Origin: a virus
Lineage: Duplodnaviria > Caudoviricetes
Virus record (IMG/VR): IMGVR_UViG_3300038679_000357
Coordinates: 32,001-96,000 of that record
Direction: 5' to 3' (one strand)
DNA length: 64,000 bases
The position numbers and the translations under genes are program-made. This document shows, in pieces, positions 36,632-46,980 of the stretch. Under the pieces are notes generated by a model that worked only from the letters and a program-made list of their open reading frames with translations, ran no database searches and was not told the DNA's origin. Within the stretch, counting starts at the first letter, position 1, and each line of letters begins with the position of its first letter.

Positions 36632-39051
36632 TCAGCACAACTGCAAAGGTGAAGATTTCTAACCACCATATCTGGAATAACCAAATTTCCCGTGCCAATC
36701 ATAATCATTTCCTTGGTATGAGTGCTTCTGGCTCGAATTAAACTTAACTTTGACGCATTATGAATCAACCTAGCATTACCAACGACATGAAGCATTGAAG
36801 CCGCTCTTGTCATAGCGGTGTAAACAAGTTCTTTCTTCATCATAATAGTGTGTGAGTTTGGGGCTACAAACACAATGGTATTTGCCTGCGAACCTTGAAA
36901 TTTATGAACAGTGCAACACCAACACACCATAACGTCGTCAATTTGCCGTTTAACATACTTACAAATCTCTGGATGCATCTCAATGCCATTCACTGGCGGC
37001 GAATCATAACGAACAACAATAAACTTCTCCTTGCGCCCCTGCTGACTGATTTCTTCACCACAATCAATTACAGTCCCGATGTTACCATTGAAAACGTCCT
37101 TCTCATAATCGTTGACGATCTGCATAACGCGATCCCCAACATAGAACTTACGCTGGTTGTAGTTGATGGATTTATCCCTTGAATCATCAAATAAAATAGC
37201 TTGTATCGCATCATTCATCTCATTTACGCAAACTGCACCACGTTTCTTCATGGATGCGATAACCTGAAAGCCATCCATTGTATTATTATTGCGGATGTAA
37301 TCGCGCATTATACTTAATACACGCTGTCGAATCATCTCTTCGTTTTGAGACTCATAAAATGAGATATCAGTGGCGTCATCCGGGAATGAGTCGAACACTC
37401 CCTTTGCCATCTCATCCGCAACTTGCGGGATATAGCTCGTTTCACTTTGACGATGCACGATATTAAGTTTGATTACATTCGCCGCTTGAGAGTCAATAAT
37501 GTCTGATAGAAAATTCCCTGGAGAAACACTAGGCAATTGTTGAGGATCTCCAACAAACACAACATTCATATTCGAACAATCGCTTATCGCCTTAATGACC
37601 GCAACCATAGTATCCAATCCAACCATGGAAAATTCATCAATAACCAAAATATTACACTTCAAAACGGGATCTTCTCCCTTCCCCTTCACACCTGGGAAAA
37701 TTCTCAAGGCGCGATGAATTGTCATTGCATCACAGCCGGTTTTATTAGAAAGAACCTTAGCTGCCGCTCCGGTTGGAGCCAAGAAGGTCACAGTCAGGTA
37801 TTTTTTCGATGCAATTGTCTTAATACATTGGCAGATAGTGCTCTTACCTGTGCCACCACCACCAGTAATAACCGTTAACCTATTGACAAAAGAGCTGAGA
37901 ATGGCATCTCTTTGACACCTATCAAGCGTAATATCCTTTCCCGTCCACCTCGAAACATGTTCCTGGGCAAGATCAACGTCATCTTCATCAGCCGTGACGT
38001 ACGACTCCGACCGAGAAATATCAACAATACCCTTGGCTATAAACCGCTCTGCCTCAAAAATCTTTGGAAGATATACAAAAGTACGATTGAATAGTTTAAG
38101 CGTAACAAATGAAGTCTTTATACTGTCTGAGAAGACCTTCGCAAACGTCCCGTTTTCTTGAAAGTCGCTCAAAAACTTTCCGCACTCACGCGCAAGCCTA
38201 TCGATTTCCATGCACAAATTACCTTCCCGCACCCATGCATTCATGACATGCGCAACACAAGCGGAAGTACGATGAACCGAGTCAACATTTCCTATTCTGT
38301 GGGCGAAATTGTCAGCAATGTGAAAGCCCACCTCATGAACTTCTGCCACGAGATAGGGGTTTCGCTCTAACTTGCGTCTTAAATCCTTGCCAAAAGCTTG
38401 AAAAACAACCCCAATCTTATTCATCGGAAAGTCATTTGCGACTAACCACATATATGTATCGCGCATGGCTATATCACGGTTCCACGCGACAGCAATATGC
38501 CTTGCGCGATCTTCCGTAATCCCACTAATCTGAGTCAACGCCACTGCGTCGTTACTCATCGCCTCGGCTATACTTTCTAGCCCATTCCCGCCAAACATAC
38601 TGATAATCTTATTGGATCTGATAGGTCCAACATGCGGCAACTTATCAAGATACTTCCTTAACCCAAAAGCATCCGCCAAGCCTTCTATGTAGTAAAAATC
38701 GACATCAAATTGCTTTCCATATTTCGGATTTTCAACAACCCTTCCGGAGAACATATATGTAACCAAAGGGTTTATCACATCGATTTCGATGCGGATAATT
38801 ACACAGAATTTCCTTTTCAACCATTCGTTCGGGAACCCCATATCATCTGGCATGAGTTCATCTGACTTTGACGCATCAAGCCAGGCGTCTACGACAAGAT
38901 AATCCCCCTCGCCGCCGTCAAAAATTGGTTTCTCAGAGATTCTGCATGGAAGAAGTATCCTTTTTGAACGATCAACAGCAGCATCGACACTTCCAGTGGT
39001 GTCTGTATCAATCAGATCGTGCTCCAGAAAACCTTTCTCTTCCTGTTCCAT
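36622..39051 (-). CDS. recD2: RecD2-like SF1B helicase
   Basis: N-terminal OB/HhH (YG.QF, GIT..RA, NPY....GF..AD), TGGGGTGKS, IDEFSM, VGDPQQLPSV.PG, VHRQ, TVHKFQGSQ, YTAMTRA. Confidence 0.93.
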   Translation of the reverse strand: MEQEEKGFLEHDLIDTDTTGSVDAAVDRSKRILLPCRISEKPIFDGGEGDYLVVDAWLDASKSDELMPDDMGFPNEWLKRKFCVIIRIEIDVINPLVTYMFSGRVVENPKYGKQFDVDFYYIEGLADAFGLRKYLDKLPHVGPIRSNKIISMFGGNGLESIAEAMSNDAVALTQISGITEDRARHIAVAWNRDIAMRDTYMWLVANDFPMNKIGVVFQAFGKDLRRKLERNPYLVAEVHEVGFHIADNFAHRIGNVDSVHRTSACVAHVMNAWVREGNLCMEIDRLARECGKFLSDFQENGTFAKVFSDSIKTSFVTLKLFNRTFVYLPKIFEAERFIAKGIVDISRSESYVTADEDDVDLAQEHVSRWTGKDITLDRCQRDAILSSFVNRLTVITGGGGTGKSTICQCIKTIASKKYLTVTFLAPTGAAAKVLSNKTGCDAMTIHRALRIFPGVKGKGEDPVLKCNILVIDEFSMVGLDTMVAVIKAISDCSNMNVVFVGDPQQLPSVSPGNFLSDIIDSQAANVIKLNIVHRQSETSYIPQVADEMAKGVFDSFPDDATDISFYESQNEEMIRQRVLSIMRDYIRNNNTMDGFQVIASMKKRGAVCVNEMNDAIQAILFDDSRDKSINYNQRKFYVGDRVMQIVNDYEKDVFNGNIGTVIDCGEEISQQGRKEKFIVVRYDSPPVNGIEMHPEICKYVKRQIDDVMVCWCCTVHKFQGSQANTIVFVAPNSHTIMMKKELVYTAMTRAASMLHVVGNARLIHNASKLSLIRARSTHTKEMIMIGTGNLVIPDMVVRNLHLCSCADQD

Positions 39052-39069
39052 TCGTTTCTCTCTTGGTTG

Positions 39070-39100
39070 AAAAATAGAATGTCCGGGATTTCTCCCGGAC
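39070..39100 (-). terminator. Putative intrinsic terminator
   Basis: Stem GTCCGGGA/TCCCGGAC (39081-39100) followed by ATTCTATTTTT on the minus strand. Confidence 0.65.
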
Positions 39101-39140
39101 TAAAATATCTTCAAAAAAAGAAGATTCAAGCACTATCTGT

Positions 39141-40118
39141 CTAAGCTTTTTCTCGAATCATTTTTTTGACCTGGGAAATTTTATTAGAAGTAATTTTAAA
39201 AGTCGCTTGCGTTGATACCTGCGCTCCACCGTCAATTAACTCTGATATAGCAGAAGAATCAACAACCTCAATTTTGGCATGTTCATCTAATTGCGATAAT
39301 TTTTCTTGCATTTTTGCAGTCAATGACGCCATGTACTCTTCTTTTTTTGATACAAGATCCATTGCCTGAACTTTAGTCTCATTATAAATTGCATCAAGAA
39401 TAATGCTTTCCACCAAAATAGATGATTCAGCAACGGTTTCGCGTCCACCATACGGATCGTAAGTTAACACTTTTAGAGAAGTGGTTGGAATTTTCTTTTG
39501 TTCCAGAACTGGATTGCCAGAAGAATCAAAAAGAGGTTGTTTGGTGACTTTATCTACTGCTTGCTTCATTAATGGAAGACCATTACTATCAACGCCTGGC
39601 TTGCTAACAATCCTTCCATTTTTATCAACAGATATAGTCGATAACACTATTGTGTTTTGTGCAAGCATTGTTTGAATATATGGATACCCCCCTTTCTTCA
39701 ATTTCTCAATAATCTCTGGATAAAACTTAACCAATTCACGGTTGGGGATAACTGCTTCTACATTAATTATTCGTTCGTGATTTTCCCCCTCTTTTTTCTT
39801 TCTATTAACCACGGCATCATATATTGTGATGTCTTTATTTACATTTAATGGATTTACACTCGCTGGATAATATCCAAGACCTTTTGCAGCAGCATGATCT
39901 TTATCTAATTTTGGGTTGTATACCCCTGGAGTATGCATTTGCGGATTAATAAAATTTTTCCCCGTCTTAGTGGCCAAGGCAACAAGATAATCTTTCATAC
40001 TCATATTTTTCTCTTCGCCATCAATCGTAACACTAGCCATTTTCTCAGATATACTCTTAATCAAACTTTTAGCAAAATTTGCCTCAAGCCCAAGAGAAAT
40101 GCACTTCATTCCCGACAT
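39141..40118 (-). CDS. Hypothetical protein
   Basis: 325-aa ORF with SD GAGG. Confidence 0.75.
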   Translation of the reverse strand: MSGMKCISLGLEANFAKSLIKSISEKMASVTIDGEEKNMSMKDYLVALATKTGKNFINPQMHTPGVYNPKLDKDHAAAKGLGYYPASVNPLNVNKDITIYDAVVNRKKKEGENHERIINVEAVIPNRELVKFYPEIIEKLKKGGYPYIQTMLAQNTIVLSTISVDKNGRIVSKPGVDSNGLPLMKQAVDKVTKQPLFDSSGNPVLEQKKIPTTSLKVLTYDPYGGRETVAESSILVESIILDAIYNETKVQAMDLVSKKEEYMASLTAKMQEKLSQLDEHAKIEVVDSSAISELIDGGAQVSTQATFKITSNKISQVKKMIREKA

Positions 40119-40180
40119 ACAATATACCTCATCTATGATTTTATCATTTAAGGCTTATTCAAAACCGACAATGCTCTTTC

Positions 40181-40417
40181 CTATTCGGCAACATGGCTTG
40201 ATATCAATGTAACGTGCCGAGGACGCCATCCAATCAAAGTACAGGCATGAATAAAAGATGTGGCTCGTATTTCAGCTACTTTATTGTCGAACCTGGTATT
40301 ACGAATGACGTAAACCGTCTTCCAATCCTTCAACTTTTCCGAATAGCTATTGGAGCGCAGTTTTGATTGATCGATCTTATCTACTCCATCAGAAGATCTC
40401 TGTTTATTCTTTGACAT
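40181..40417 (-). CDS. Hypothetical protein
   Basis: 78-aa ORF starting 1 nt after the upstream stop. Confidence 0.65.
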   Translation of the reverse strand: MSKNKQRSSDGVDKIDQSKLRSNSYSEKLKDWKTVYVIRNTRFDNKVAEIRATSFIHACTLIGWRPRHVTLISSHVAE

Positions 40418-40418
40418 T

Positions 40419-41105
40419 TCAATATTCCTTGCTGATTGATTGTAATTTTGAAAAAATACGGTTTACGAAAGCCTTCTCATTTTCCGTACTACACTCCCCC
40501 ATTAGACTCTCAAACAAATTGATATATGCACTTTTCGCTATAGTAAACACTTCACCATGCGCTTTCATTTCTCCAAGCATGTCTGCACGAAAGCGTAGCA
40601 GCTTTTCCATGGTTGCAGTAATTTTACACGTAGAATCTGTTTTAAGCTTCTCTACGGTAGCTGCTGGGACTTCTGGGTCTTCCAGAGCATTGATCGACAC
40701 AAGTCTTTCATTCAATGCTGTCAAAGTCATTTCCAACTTATCAAGAGTTGACAACCCAGATGAATTCAAGAGAGAGATTCTATGGATATATTCTCTTTTC
40801 CGTAATTCTTCACCACTGGAGCCAAGATGATGTTCCATATGATGCTTGATGACTGGAATGGTATATTTTTCTCCAGCGTCGGTAAAAATATGACTAACGG
40901 TATCGGCGTTACGACTGTCAGTCCATTCCTTCTCAGCTCTTTTTCTCACTGGGCTGCAGCATAGGGGGCAATTCTGATCATGGAAAATGCCATCACCAGA
41001 AAGATTGATCATTCTCATGAGATAGGCTTCTACATCTTCCTGCCCGCTAAGAATGCTCTTGATGCCTCGGTTATTCATCCCGACCATATCAAATCCGTTG
41101 GACAT
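40419..41105 (-). CDS. Hypothetical protein with CPLC...HHMEHH motif and coiled coil
   Basis: 228-aa ORF with SD AAAGGA. Confidence 0.7.
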   Translation of the reverse strand: MSNGFDMVGMNNRGIKSILSGQEDVEAYLMRMINLSGDGIFHDQNCPLCCSPVRKRAEKEWTDSRNADTVSHIFTDAGEKYTIPVIKHHMEHHLGSSGEELRKREYIHRISLLNSSGLSTLDKLEMTLTALNERLVSINALEDPEVPAATVEKLKTDSTCKITATMEKLLRFRADMLGEMKAHGEVFTIAKSAYINLFESLMGECSTENEKAFVNRIFSKLQSISKEY

Positions 41106-41142
41106 AACAAATTCCTTTGAGCAACCATTTTTCGTTGCTTAA

Positions 41143-41153
41143 ATTATACAACG
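41143..41153 (-). promoter_or_regulatory. Recurrent putative promoter CGTTGTATAAT
   Basis: 38 nt upstream of the ATG at 41105. Confidence 0.7.
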
Positions 41154-41164
41154 GAGTAGTGGAT

Positions 41165-41470
41165 TCAGCTCTTCTTTTTGTTTTTTGGACTATTGAGGAT
41201 TTGAATCGCTCGATCAACATCGGCGCGAAACACGTAGAAGGGCTTGGATTTAACGGATTCGATCAATGAATCATACATTTCATCATTAGGTAGCCCTAAC
41301 GACTCAGCAATTTTTTTAGTGGCACGCAATACAGCAACCACATCCCCTATGCGTTGATGCATGGCTAGTTCCCGGCAATTTCCGAGAAAAGCAGTTATCT
41401 CCTCTGCCGGAGATATTGAGAGCTTATCAGATGGAGATTCTTTCGGCATCGACGACGGTCTCCATGTCAT
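41165..41470 (-). CDS. Hypothetical protein
   Basis: 101-aa ORF in the co-oriented run; start uncertain. Confidence 0.55.
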   Translation of the reverse strand: MTWRPSSMPKESPSDKLSISPAEEITAFLGNCRELAMHQRIGDVVAVLRATKKIAESLGLPNDEMYDSLIESVKSKPFYVFRADVDRAIQILNSPKNKKKS

Positions 41471-41864
41471 CGGCAGACAAGATTTTTCTCAGGGATCTAG
41501 CCGCAATTTCGATTGCATCCTCGCGAGTTGCGGCTGTTACTGGAGATAGACCATATGTGGACGCACTCCATTTCTTCCCTCTGCCGTCACGGATTGTAAA
41601 ATCCCAACGGTACATCTCATCCACTTCCGTACCAGCAAAGACATCAACAAAGGCATCTACAGCCTGGGGATCAACAGAATGGCTATCAATCGACACCAAT
41701 TCTTTAATCTCATCAGTTGACAATCCCATCTCCCGATACGAACTTGCCATTTTCTCCAGCTTGGCTCTATTGGATGCCGCCTTCGACTCCATTGCGTCCA
41801 TCTGCTTTCGCAGACTATCCGCGAAGAGAAAACTTTGCATCACCCTATTGCTCAAACTGCTCAT
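41427..41864 (-). CDS. Hypothetical protein
   Basis: 145-aa ORF with SD GAGAG. Confidence 0.65.
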   Translation of the reverse strand: MSSLSNRVMQSFLFADSLRKQMDAMESKAASNRAKLEKMASSYREMGLSTDEIKELVSIDSHSVDPQAVDAFVDVFAGTEVDEMYRWDFTIRDGRGKKWSASTYGLSPVTAATREDAIEIAARSLRKILSADDMETVVDAERISI

Positions 41865-41881
41865 GTTTTCTTCTCTCTATT

Positions 41882-42898
41882 CTATTTCCGACCTTTTACT
41901 CGTATCAATTCTTTGATTCTTTCAGCATCAGCTATATTCCTGCAAAAAGCTTGACACCGTCCGAATCTCACATCGTTATTATTCAAATTCAAGCTAGAAG
42001 TGATAATTTCCTTTGAAGATCCTGCTATTTTTTCTCCAACGAATACAGAATGTTTCATTTCATCGGTTGGACGCTCCAATTCATAGGTGAATGGCTTCCC
42101 GTCAATAACGAACTTATCACTGACGTCAAACCATCTTCCAGCACGAAATGCCTTAACAGTAAATACGCCGCCAGCTTCTGGAACGAAATCAATCGCCTCA
42201 TTCCCATTAAAGTCACTTTTAGCCGTAACAGAGACTTTGGCAACAAAGCCTCGCTTGTCAGCCTCACCAATAAAAACGGCGCGAATGCATGGTTTACCGT
42301 TATTTGCCACAGTCTCGATCGCGTTAACAACATGCATTTTATATTTTGCGACAGTGTTGGACATAACAGAATTAGCATTCGACAATAAATCCGCCTCACT
42401 TACGTCCAATCCGCTAAGATACTTTTCTTTCTCAAACGGCTCCACCATAAACCCCAGCATAGATTGTACTTCTTCAATGCCGCGAATCATCCTGCATAAC
42501 ATTTTTTGATCGTCGTCAGAGGCGGATTGAAACAATGCAATTGCATCATTTTTTATACTTTCAAGAATACGAGAAATCTTACCATCATGCGCATTAAGCT
42601 TAGAATTATCTGTCGACTCCTTTCCGGAACCACTTACTTCATTCTCACCATTCCCTTTCGCCGCACGCTTTCGACGCATTTTACGAATAGCCTCAGCGGG
42701 AGACATAAAAGCGAACTCTTGTTCGCCATCATTGCCAGCAGACTCTGAATTCATGTCAGATGGAATAACTCCAGCCATACGTTGCATAAACCCGTCAATA
42801 AGCAACTTCTCGGTATTAATTTCTTCATTATGATTTGGGTCTACGCCACGAATGTTATTGATAAGTTCTCCGTCTTCTCTAGCTACCCGATTTGCCAT
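41882..42898 (-). CDS. Hypothetical protein
   Basis: 338-aa ORF with SD GAGGT. Confidence 0.75.
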   Translation of the reverse strand: MANRVAREDGELINNIRGVDPNHNEEINTEKLLIDGFMQRMAGVIPSDMNSESAGNDGEQEFAFMSPAEAIRKMRRKRAAKGNGENEVSGSGKESTDNSKLNAHDGKISRILESIKNDAIALFQSASDDDQKMLCRMIRGIEEVQSMLGFMVEPFEKEKYLSGLDVSEADLLSNANSVMSNTVAKYKMHVVNAIETVANNGKPCIRAVFIGEADKRGFVAKVSVTAKSDFNGNEAIDFVPEAGGVFTVKAFRAGRWFDVSDKFVIDGKPFTYELERPTDEMKHSVFVGEKIAGSSKEIITSSLNLNNNDVRFGRCQAFCRNIADAERIKELIRVKGRK

Positions 42899-42900
42899 TT

Positions 42901-43125
42901 TTACCTCAATGATTTCTTTGTTTTTTCACGGGAGTTGCAATTCGGACACCCGTTAATAAAAGTTTTCTCAGACGCAACAAAAGAGCAATTACGGCACTCC
43001 GCATATCCACGAGACGGATCATGTGGAGTCTCAAGGGTAGATAATGCTTCCTTTCTCAACACGCGCCCTGTATGAGTACGCCCCATTACAGACTGCAGGT
43101 CGATGATACGTTGCCAATCGCGCAT
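42901..43125 (-). CDS. Small zinc-ribbon protein
   Basis: ECRNC...GCPNC. Confidence 0.65.
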   Translation of the reverse strand: MRDWQRIIDLQSVMGRTHTGRVLRKEALSTLETPHDPSRGYAECRNCSFVASEKTFINGCPNCNSREKTKKSLR

Positions 43126-43814
43126 TCAAACACCATATAGGTTTTTATTGTAGCCGCACGGACAGTTTCAGAGAACTGAGACTGAGTCATCTGTCTTATC
43201 TTCCCTGGAGTCAGTCCGTTATCCTTCATAAACTTTGGCGGAATCAAAGCCTCTTTTGATGTACTGGACAATGACCCAAACAATGCGCTATCGGTTTGAA
43301 TGGTCAACATTCCAAGAAGAGTTCTTGCCAACATATAGGAATCGCCAACATTGTCATCGTCGAAATTCTCTCCAGTATGTTGCTTAATTAAATCAAGATA
43401 TAATCTCTTTTCGGCTTTTTTCGTACCCTTTACCGCCGCGCCATTCTGTATGCAAAATTTCTTATGGGTATTTGGCGGAATTTTGTGATACGAAGCAATC
43501 CTTCCCGATTCCACAGCTTTTCTGAACAGCATCAAATCCACACAGCCGCCAAGGGCTCCCAGGTCAAAAATAGATCTCCCCTTGGACGAAAACGAGAATT
43601 CTTCCCTGGTGATTTTCATAACTCCATCAAATTTATCAATAAATAGAGATATTCTCTTACAGATTTCATCCAATCTTTCCACCCCAGTCAACTTAGTTTT
43701 AACCAACTCAGTCGACAAAACCTTACATTCAGGAGTTAGGGCGCACATCGCCGTCCCCGTCAATGATTGGTCGATTCCAATGTAATATATCGAAGCCATC
43801 TTTTCTCCTACCAT
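43086..43814 (-). CDS. ruvC: RuvC-like Holliday junction resolvase
   Basis: IGIDQSLTGTA, REEF, PP..HKKF, DDNVGDS. Confidence 0.8.
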   Translation of the reverse strand: MVGEKMASIYYIGIDQSLTGTAMCALTPECKVLSTELVKTKLTGVERLDEICKRISLFIDKFDGVMKITREEFSFSSKGRSIFDLGALGGCVDLMLFRKAVESGRIASYHKIPPNTHKKFCIQNGAAVKGTKKAEKRLYLDLIKQHTGENFDDDNVGDSYMLARTLLGMLTIQTDSALFGSLSSTSKEALIPPKFMKDNGLTPGKIRQMTQSQFSETVRAATIKTYMVFECAIGNVSSTCSL

Positions 43815-44778
43815 AGCAAATAGCTGCGGCTTTTAAGTACAATCTATCTATCGAGTATGGCAACTTGCCATTTCGATGAAGGAGAAAATCAGATGAAGAC
43901 TCCTTCAATAATGATTGTACACCGTCGCCAATCCTATTTACGATCTTCATGGCACAATCGACCATAAATTTCGTTGGACGAGCTTTTACTTTGGTGGGGG
44001 GCTCATCCCACCAGTGTTCGTTGAATTTGTCAATATGAACTTCCTCAAACTCCCCATCAAAAGAATTCACTGATCGACACCCTACAGATAACAATTTACT
44101 AATAGCCATGTCAACAGATTCTATCCCCTTAGTAGCCCAATGCTCATTGATTTCTCGAATGGAGGAAGAAAAGTCGCCATTGGCTAACGCGGTGTAAAGA
44201 CTGAAAAATCTAAACGAACTATCTCCAACTACACATAGATTGACATCTCCCTCAGTAATATGACCGTTTGAAACGACCAGTAACTTGTCCACTTCGCAAA
44301 TCAACATTGAAACATCTTCATGACCAACAATTGAAACAAGCATGTTAGCAGCCTTAACGTCAATCTTTCCTCCGGTAGAGATCGCTCGATCAATTACTAA
44401 ATCAACCGCGCTTTCAAACCCATTTAATAATCCAAGACGAATAATCCTTACTGCATTTTCCGGCATTGACTTAATTATGGACATGCACTTTGCGGAAATT
44501 GAATCAACCCGGCAAATCAACATACATTGCGAAGAAACGTTTTCGATCAATAACTTCAACCGATTGCAAAGACTCTCAGAAAACAACGACTCTGGGACAA
44601 TAATGATTTTATTTCCAAAAAAAATGGATGGGATGCACAATTCGTCATCAACACTTTCTATAGAGTCAATCTCAATGCAGCAACCAGAATCGCCAAGAAA
44701 CATTTTCTTAACGTTTTCCATGGGACTATGAGTGAGTCTATGATCGCCTACGAAAATAGCCGCAATTGTTCGAGCCAT
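43729..44778 (-). CDS. holA: DNA Pol III delta subunit-like (clamp loader)
   Basis: AAA+-like fold; EVDKL...GHIT..DV...V.....F.F pattern; directly downstream of dnaN. Confidence 0.7.
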   Translation of the reverse strand: MARTIAAIFVGDHRLTHSPMENVKKMFLGDSGCCIEIDSIESVDDELCIPSIFFGNKIIIVPESLFSESLCNRLKLLIENVSSQCMLICRVDSISAKCMSIIKSMPENAVRIIRLGLLNGFESAVDLVIDRAISTGGKIDVKAANMLVSIVGHEDVSMLICEVDKLLVVSNGHITEGDVNLCVVGDSSFRFFSLYTALANGDFSSSIREINEHWATKGIESVDMAISKLLSVGCRSVNSFDGEFEEVHIDKFNEHWWDEPPTKVKARPTKFMVDCAMKIVNRIGDGVQSLLKESSSDFLLHRNGKLPYSIDRLYLKAAAICYGRRKDGFDILHWNRPIIDGDGDVRPNS

Positions 44779-44779
44779 A

Positions 44780-45964
44780 TCAAATTCCGTATTCTTGTTG
44801 GATAACAACAGAAGTCTGTATGATGGCATTAAATCCATCGCTCGACAATATTATGCCAATTGGCCAATTGGATTTTTTCTCGTTTTTCTGTATGGAAAAT
44901 TCCATTTTCACATCAGAGATACTCCTCCTTACAAAATCCACCATCAACACAGGCGGAATGGCAAAATCATAAGGCGGAATATCAGGCTTTGTCGGCGTAG
45001 CGTATTCGACGGCGCTATGATATTTAGTCCCCCTGGAAGAAACCGACATGAAATTTATCGCTCCATCGCGCACTCTAACGTACATTTCCGTTGAATTAAT
45101 TCTGTTACACGCACCTATGGATTCCAGAAGTTTTTCCGAAGACAAAATGAATCCTGAATCTGTAGCAACACCAATCAATCTAAGAAAATCTGGAGATTTC
45201 TTTTCAAGTCCTTCAGGAAGGCACATTCTAATGCAGGAAGAAGTATTACGTACGTAAACCTTTGTGCCGCTCATTCCCACACTAATCAAACCATCATCGA
45301 ACACTTTTCCAATATATTTGACCATCATTGCCGGTATGAAAAATGGTTTAATCGGGGCGTGATCGCGGATATAAGTGTAGCTAAACGCCCGACCAGTCCC
45401 GCCTCCAACAAATAACCGTTTACCGTCACATCGGAAAGAAAAGTTATTTTTCACTTCTTCTGCATCAAACGCAGTGAACGGTGCAACGCGCTGCATTGCC
45501 GCAACCAAACCTTTATAATCCATTTCACACCATTCAATGTCACTACCAGGAAATTCAAAGTCACTGTACATCTTGCGATTAATACACTGTAAAGATAACC
45601 TTACCTTACCGCTACATAAAACAATCGAGCCATTCTGATCGGCGTCAGTAACAACATGCTCGACAAGGATTTCTTCCTCTTTTGGAAAGAATCTCATAAC
45701 ATCCTGCATCTCTTCAAGAGACAATGACGCCGACCCTTCAACTGCCTGCATGTCAGATATTGGAATAAATGACATTGACGCCATGGATGGTCCGCTTGTC
45801 AGTACCTTCAGCTTACCTTCAGAAAGAGCAATATGCCCATAACCACGGAATGTTGACTTCAACATAGGGTCAGCTTTCAACGACACTCCGCCACGCGCCA
45901 TAACAGCTAAAAGGTCTTCCTTAATCACCCTGAATTTCACGATAAACTCCTCAGTCTTCGTCAA
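44780..45964 (-). CDS. dnaN: DNA Pol III beta sliding clamp
   Basis: Three-domain length with clamp-type patterns (G..L....T, F.IP, G..PDF.R.I). Confidence 0.75.
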   Translation of the reverse strand: MTKTEEFIVKFRVIKEDLLAVMARGGVSLKADPMLKSTFRGYGHIALSEGKLKVLTSGPSMASMSFIPISDMQAVEGSASLSLEEMQDVMRFFPKEEEILVEHVVTDADQNGSIVLCSGKVRLSLQCINRKMYSDFEFPGSDIEWCEMDYKGLVAAMQRVAPFTAFDAEEVKNNFSFRCDGKRLFVGGGTGRAFSYTYIRDHAPIKPFFIPAMMVKYIGKVFDDGLISVGMSGTKVYVRNTSSCIRMCLPEGLEKKSPDFLRLIGVATDSGFILSSEKLLESIGACNRINSTEMYVRVRDGAINFMSVSSRGTKYHSAVEYATPTKPDIPPYDFAIPPVLMVDFVRRSISDVKMEFSIQKNEKKSNWPIGIILSSDGFNAIIQTSVVIQQEYGI

Positions 45965-46922
45965 ACAGGGGAATTTTCACATCGCATTGTGTTCTCAGCG
46001 AAGTAGCCTTAGCCCTCACCCTGATGAGAGCATTATCAACTGACTTTTCGTTATACCGCCGCTGATATTTTCTTGACACTTCTTTTGCGATGTCCCTGTA
46101 TGACCTCTTCTCAAGATGCATGATGAATACATCATATTCAAGCGGGCTTAACGTTTTTCCAAGTAGTTCCTTGGTCATTCGAACATCTTCATTACAGCAC
46201 ATATCCTTCAAAAAATCAAACTCATCCCCAAGGACATTCATTAAACAACCATTATCTTCTGATTCATCCTCTGACGGAAACGCTTGTTCAAGTGGAATTG
46301 ATCGATTCAACGGTTGATCACGACGTCGATTTTTAGCTGTATTCAATAAGGTAATAATATACCTTTTCATGCACATCTTAGAAAAATTCACAAAACTCAT
46401 GTTTTTATCTGGATTGAACTTGTTTATTGCCCGGCGACACAGTGCAATACAGGCTTCTTGATAAACATCCTTACCTTCCATTCCTGGGATAATAAACTTT
46501 CTATAGGCGGTGGCGAACACAAATTTATGCATATACGCCAAAATGCGGTTAAAAATCACATCATCTTCACCATATTTTTGTATATACATGGCGAATGCAT
46601 TCATCATTGGTTTCACCTCGACTGGCGGCATATCTCTGAAATCTTTCTCTGGAATATCAAGATATGCATACACTACGTCTTTGGTGATTTTACTCCCCTC
46701 AGACTTGTTTTTTTTCTCTCTTTTAGCCTGCTTTTTTAAAAGCTTCTTTTCTACCTTCTTTTCCGCCTTTTTCCCAGCCTTCTTTCTCTGCCTCTTCTCC
46801 GGCTTCGCGGGCTCTCTTTTTGCTGTTTTTTTTATCTCTCTTTTTTTGCGCTCTTTAATGACCTTTTTTCCCGACTTCTTAGATATCTTGGATTTATTTC
46901 CAGAACCCTTTTTTCTAGGCAT
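45951..46922 (-). CDS. sigH: SigH-like sigma factor with Lys-rich N-terminal extension
   Basis: FIIPGME..DVYQE, F.P.K..SF..F...C.KR.IIT....A...R..PLN.S, LS.LE..V.......SY..IA, KSVDNAL.RV..K. Confidence 0.8.
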   Translation of the reverse strand: MPRKKGSGNKSKISKKSGKKVIKERKKREIKKTAKREPAKPEKRQRKKAGKKAEKKVEKKLLKKQAKREKKNKSEGSKITKDVVYAYLDIPEKDFRDMPPVEVKPMMNAFAMYIQKYGEDDVIFNRILAYMHKFVFATAYRKFIIPGMEGKDVYQEACIALCRRAINKFNPDKNMSFVNFSKMCMKRYIITLLNTAKNRRRDQPLNRSIPLEQAFPSEDESEDNGCLMNVLGDEFDFLKDMCCNEDVRMTKELLGKTLSPLEYDVFIMHLEKRSYRDIAKEVSRKYQRRYNEKSVDNALIRVRAKATSLRTQCDVKIPLFDED

Positions 46923-46980
46923 CTCCTATAACTCCGCTCTTGAATATCGAGCGGGCGTTGAAATTTTATTATACGATGAC

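Noticed and set aside
40419-41105. Terminase small subunit call
   Set aside because: Only a generic Cys/His motif and coiled coil, with no large terminase nearby; left as hypothetical.
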